Source: the human T2T-CHM13v2.0 reference genome, Homo sapiens. From it: 64,000 bases of DNA. The position numbers and the translations under genes were made by a program. The stretch is from the NCBI RefSeq assembly GCF_009914755.1, contig NC_060928.1, one strand, 5' to 3'. Positions 53,263 to 64,000 of the stretch are shown here, in pieces (position 1 is the stretch's first letter; every line of letters begins with the position of its first letter). Below the pieces are notes generated by a model. The model did not search any database. It was given only the letters and a program-made list of their open reading frames with translations, and was not told the origin of the DNA.

Positions 53263-54589
53263 TACAAGATAAAACCATTAAACCAAGATCTCTTCCTCCC
53301 CTATTCTACAAATAAAAACAGCGTAGAAGAGAAAAGAGGTTCATAAGCCCTTCACTTTTATGTGGTAGTACATAATACGGAAGATGAGTATTCAAGCCAC
53401 TCCTTATTAATAAGCCACTCACTAAGGGAACCACTTTTTCCCCCCTAATCTCTTCTAGAGTATTATTTGTTGCAGCAGTGTAACACATGAAAATCATTAT
53501 TGTAGTGTGGACTAGTGGCTAATCTGAATGCAACTCTCTTAACATTTATTATCGTTAGGGAATGTATCATATTGTTCTGGAATATTAGAAAGAAAGAAAT
53601 CCCAGGCCTCATCTGTACTAAATGCTTTTACTAGCTTGTTTTTATCAAAGATCAAAAGACAAGCTTCAGAAGACATGGAACCTTTGACAAGCAAAACTTC
53701 ATACCCTTAAATAACTTGCAATAACTATAATAACCTTTTATCTTTATATATGAGAAATACGATTGATTTAGTAAAAATTTATTCTGAATGGTCATCTCAT
53801 AGTCCACTTGTGCAGAAAATCTAAAGATTGTAAATGAATCTGTTTTCCTTTCATTATATTATACTCTTTGCAACAGTGACAAGTCACCCTTTTTTTTCTT
53901 GAAAGGATTATCTTCTTTCAAAAACAATAGAGTAATTTATCAGTGACTTTTCAAAATCCAGGTTACAAACCTATTAGTGAGTGGATTATAGAATCTTTTA
54001 GTAGATTGTATATAACAGAGAAGTATATAGAAAATATCAGAATGCATCACATGTATTAAGTGTATATATTGTTTTAATTATTTTTTTAATCTAATCACAA
54101 AAGTTCAAAATCCATTAATTTATGCTGTTTATAGAAAACAAGATTTAAACGCTTGAGTGTTCACAGTATTATCTTTTGGGAAACTTGTTTATATCCAAAA
54201 GAATCTCAATAATTAGTGACTAGAGAAGATTTGGAGGTGTAGCTCACACCCAAATGTGTCTCTGATGTATCTTAAAAACTAAGGAGAGTAACAATCTTCA
54301 ATTTAGTTTGATTTATAAATTGAGAATAAAACAAATAATATAGATAGGTAGGTAGATACATTGAGATAGATAGACAGATAGAGATAGATGACTTACATAT
54401 AGAGATACTAAAATTTTAAAATTTTTCATTGGAAGTGACCCCTTTTCACAGTATGTAACTCTGTTCCTAATCTGTAAGTTAGGATGCTTTGGGTTACAAG
54501 TATGATGACATGTGACAGTGTTTGATCTAGAGAATGACAGTCTCATTGTGTCTCTGGCTCTATCTATATGTGATTTTCTTGCTTTGCTG

Positions 54590-61135
<6,546 letters not shown>

Positions 61136-61974
61136 TAAAATATTTTTAAATTGCCTTATATTTTTTGTGTTATTGAGAGTCCTTCAGATATATTTTGCAT
61201 GTTAAAGGTGTTTAATAATTATAAGTTGGGTTCAGTAGAGTAAATGACACTGAGTGGGTATCATAACTTGAAAGCAATTGTGTGCACATTATGATAATTC
61301 CTTTTTCTTTTATTCCTCCTTAACTATAGAGAATTAAGTTTCAATTTTGAATAGCACATATTTTATCCAGATATGAAAATATGCCTCTGTTCTGTAAATA
61401 TGTTTTTACCAAGTTTTCAAAAATCACGTCATAGCCTAACTCTAACCCAGACTTACATGGGGATAGGAAAATTGATTGAGTGCTTTGGAATGACTTTTTT
61501 CTGTCATTCTTTAGGTTACAGTGTTATATCAAATACGGTGTCATATCAAATATTCTTGTAGAAATTCATGATAGCTTCTATATTTTTAGGGACTAAAAGT
61601 TTTTAAAGATCGTTTCATCTTTCTTTTTTTTGTTGTTCTTTAACAGACGTTTTAATTTACTCATCTGTTTTATTTGGTTTTTAAAATAATCTTAAGCTCT
61701 TCAGTTCAGATTTTCTAGAAACTCCCCCCAAACCAGACACATATATGAATATTAATTGTAATTATTTATTGGCTACCAAAAGACTTGAAAACAATCTTGA
61801 AAATTGCTTATAAAAATCACACGCCTATTTCCAAAGTAAGCTATGATGAAGAAATATTTACCAAAAAGAGCACTCTTAAATTTATTTTAAAACATGCATC
61901 AAATAAATGTTAGATATATTTTATGCAAGATAATGTACTACAAATGCTTGTATAGACTAGGTACTGTGTAAACA

Positions 61975-62215
61975 ATAATATTTTATATCTATTGAGCACT
62001 TACTATTGCCAAGTACTTTATATGCATTTTCTCACTTAATTTTTTGGAACAACCTTATAAGGTGAGTATTTTCATTATCCGTATTTTATAAATGAGGAAA
62101 CTGAGACTCAGAGAAGTTATGTGACTTGCCAAAGTCCAGAGAGCTGATAAATGACAGCTGAGACTCTAGCACAGGAAGCTGTACTAGAGTTCATTCTCAT
62201 GACTATTACTTATAA
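61975..62215 (-). mobile_element. MIR
   Basis: attgagcacttactattgcc...aaatgaggaaactgagactcagagaagttatgtgacttgcc. Confidence 0.85.
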
Positions 62216-62949
62216 CATCTTCCCTCTTTCCTTGATTGTCCAAAAATTATAAATAAAATATTATATATGATGTTTACAATTTGTCTGAAATTTACTTCTT
62301 GGGAACTGACCATGTTCACTGTGAAAAAAAATTTTAAATACCAAGGTCTCTAGTTTTTGCAAAATTTCATTATAATACATAAGAGGGACCCACACATTTC
62401 AACTGCCTGTAATGTGGGGACACATGATTGTGAAGTAAATGAGATATCCAGTAAGTACCTGGCTAGGTTTCGTCACAGGTGCCAACAACGCTACTGGGCC
62501 ACCAGATTCTGTCCCCATCCTGGCTCTTTCTGGCACCATATGGTAACAGTTTTTGTCAATTTAATTATTGGGGCTAGGCTTTTGGGTCTTGTGGCTGCTG
62601 GCACATGTAAACAGTGTCAGTGGCTCCAATAATCGCCCAGTTAGTTGGCATCCTTTCATGGGCTTAATCCAGAAAGATTGGCCACAAGAATCCTGGAGAC
62701 ATGGAAACCACCTCCTGTCACTGTTTTCCCAGATGGAGTCATCCCATGATCCTTTCTTCTTTCTTTCACTCTGTCCTCTATAAGATTGTCCCCCTCTCTT
62801 CCATAGAAGAAGATAAAGAACCTTTGCCTTAGGACTCTTAACCCCAAAATCAATTTTGAGTATAGTAGATGATCTGTTGGTTTCTATCTTCTCCCTAGTC
62901 ACCTTTCCCTCTAAAATGGGAGTGGACTAAGGCTTTACAAGCTTCAGTG

Positions 62950-63470
62950 TAAAAATAAAACTTAAAAAAATTTAAAAACTTAAATGAGAAAATGTGGTGA
63001 AACATCTTTGTGATATTGGGCAGGGGAAAAGATTCTCTAATCAAGACCCCAAAGTTCTGATCAGAATGAAAAATATTATTAGATTTGACTACAGTGGAAT
63101 AGCAGCTCCATGTTCAGGGGAGGTCGTGATAGACAAACTGGAAAGAAAGAGGTTAGATTGAGAAAACTCACACAACATTTAGAAGCAGTAAGCAATACAA
63201 AGACTTCCTACAAATCAGCTATGAAAACCAAAAGGAAAATTAGCAAACGAAATGAACAGGCACTTTATAGACAGGGAAACTGAAGAGACAAATAAGCATA
63301 TGAAAAATGTTCTAACTGACAAATAACCATTCTGTCCTATAAATAAAATATATTCCTGTTAGGGAATAAAGTATAACATCAAATAATGTTAAATGCTGGT
63401 GAGAATGTGAGGCAATAGGACTTTAATCTATGGCTGGTGAAATTGTGACCAGCACAGCTCCTCTGGCCAG
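62950..63470 (+). mobile_element. Ancient L1ME remnant
   Basis: aaataagcatatgaaaaatgttc, aaatgctggtgagaatgtgaggcaataggact, gctggtgaaattgtg. Confidence 0.6.
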
Positions 63471-64000
63471 CAAATTGTCACACCTGTTCAGGATACATAT
63501 TTTCCCCTGACCCGGAACTCCCACTACTGAGTACAGCACCCCAGGTGTCACCACCGGGCCACAGAAGACAGGAGCCAAGATCTTAATCACACTGTACTTT
63601 CTTGTAGGGAAGCCTTGGGCCAACTTAGGGTTCTTCAATAGTGGGATTAATGAATGAAATTGAGTCTGTAGAGAGTACAGAAGAAACAATAACAGCCAAT
63701 ATTCACACAGTGCTTATGATACGTTCTAATGCATACATGTATTAATTAATAACAGCCATTTATTATTAATGTTCCCATGTTATAGGTCAAGACACAAGAG
63801 GTGTAGAGAAATCAGGAGAATAGCCTGGCTCAGAGCAGGGGAGCCAGGTCGGCACTCTGCCCCCAATAGTCTGTGTTCCAGCCACTGAAGGAATTGCAAG
63901 GGGATGGAATGAGATGAGAAGCAATCCCCAAACAGCAATTTCCATCATGTTCATATAATGGCAAGGGATGAGGAGCCCTATCAGATATCCAGCGAGATGA

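Noticed and set aside
62357-62902. Cluster of short ORFs near the window end
   Set aside because: No coherent exon structure or recognisable protein; cannot support a gene call

Overview
Human (or very close great-ape) genomic DNA. I recognise it as the head-to-head SCLT1 / C4orf33 locus (4q28 in human, from memory). On the minus strand are the first two coding exons of SCLT1 (MAAEIDFLREQN|RRLNEDFRRYQMESFSKYSSVQ); exon 3 lies outside the window. On the plus strand is the complete five-exon CDS of C4orf33: 181+61+52+200+106 = 600 nt = 199 aa + stop, with all introns GT-AG and phase-consistent. The two genes share a CpG-island promoter at ~27.3-27.9 kb, and a probable second C4orf33 promoter lies at ~30.3 kb. 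Most of the rest is interspersed repeat: two near-full-length dead L1s, a TSD-bounded MSTA MaLR provirus carrying a nested ERVK solo LTR, MER41, MLT2 and LTR16 LTRs, MER30/MER33, about ten Alus, MIR and L2. Almost all ORF-track entries are repeat-derived or spurious. I found no new multi-gene system. The best leads are: (1) the uncharacterised C4orf33 protein carries CBM9/DOMON-like motifs, and this allele has Arg where the conserved PDFH His is expected; (2) a putative 97-nt optional intron in the SCLT1 5'UTR that encloses a uORF; (3) a 5'-intact, 3'-truncated L1 with an apparent TSD; (4) an inverted and duplicated segment inside an MLT2 LTR; (5) GAS and X-box motifs in an intronic MER41. Repeat subfamily names come from recalled consensus sequences and need RepeatMasker confirmation.
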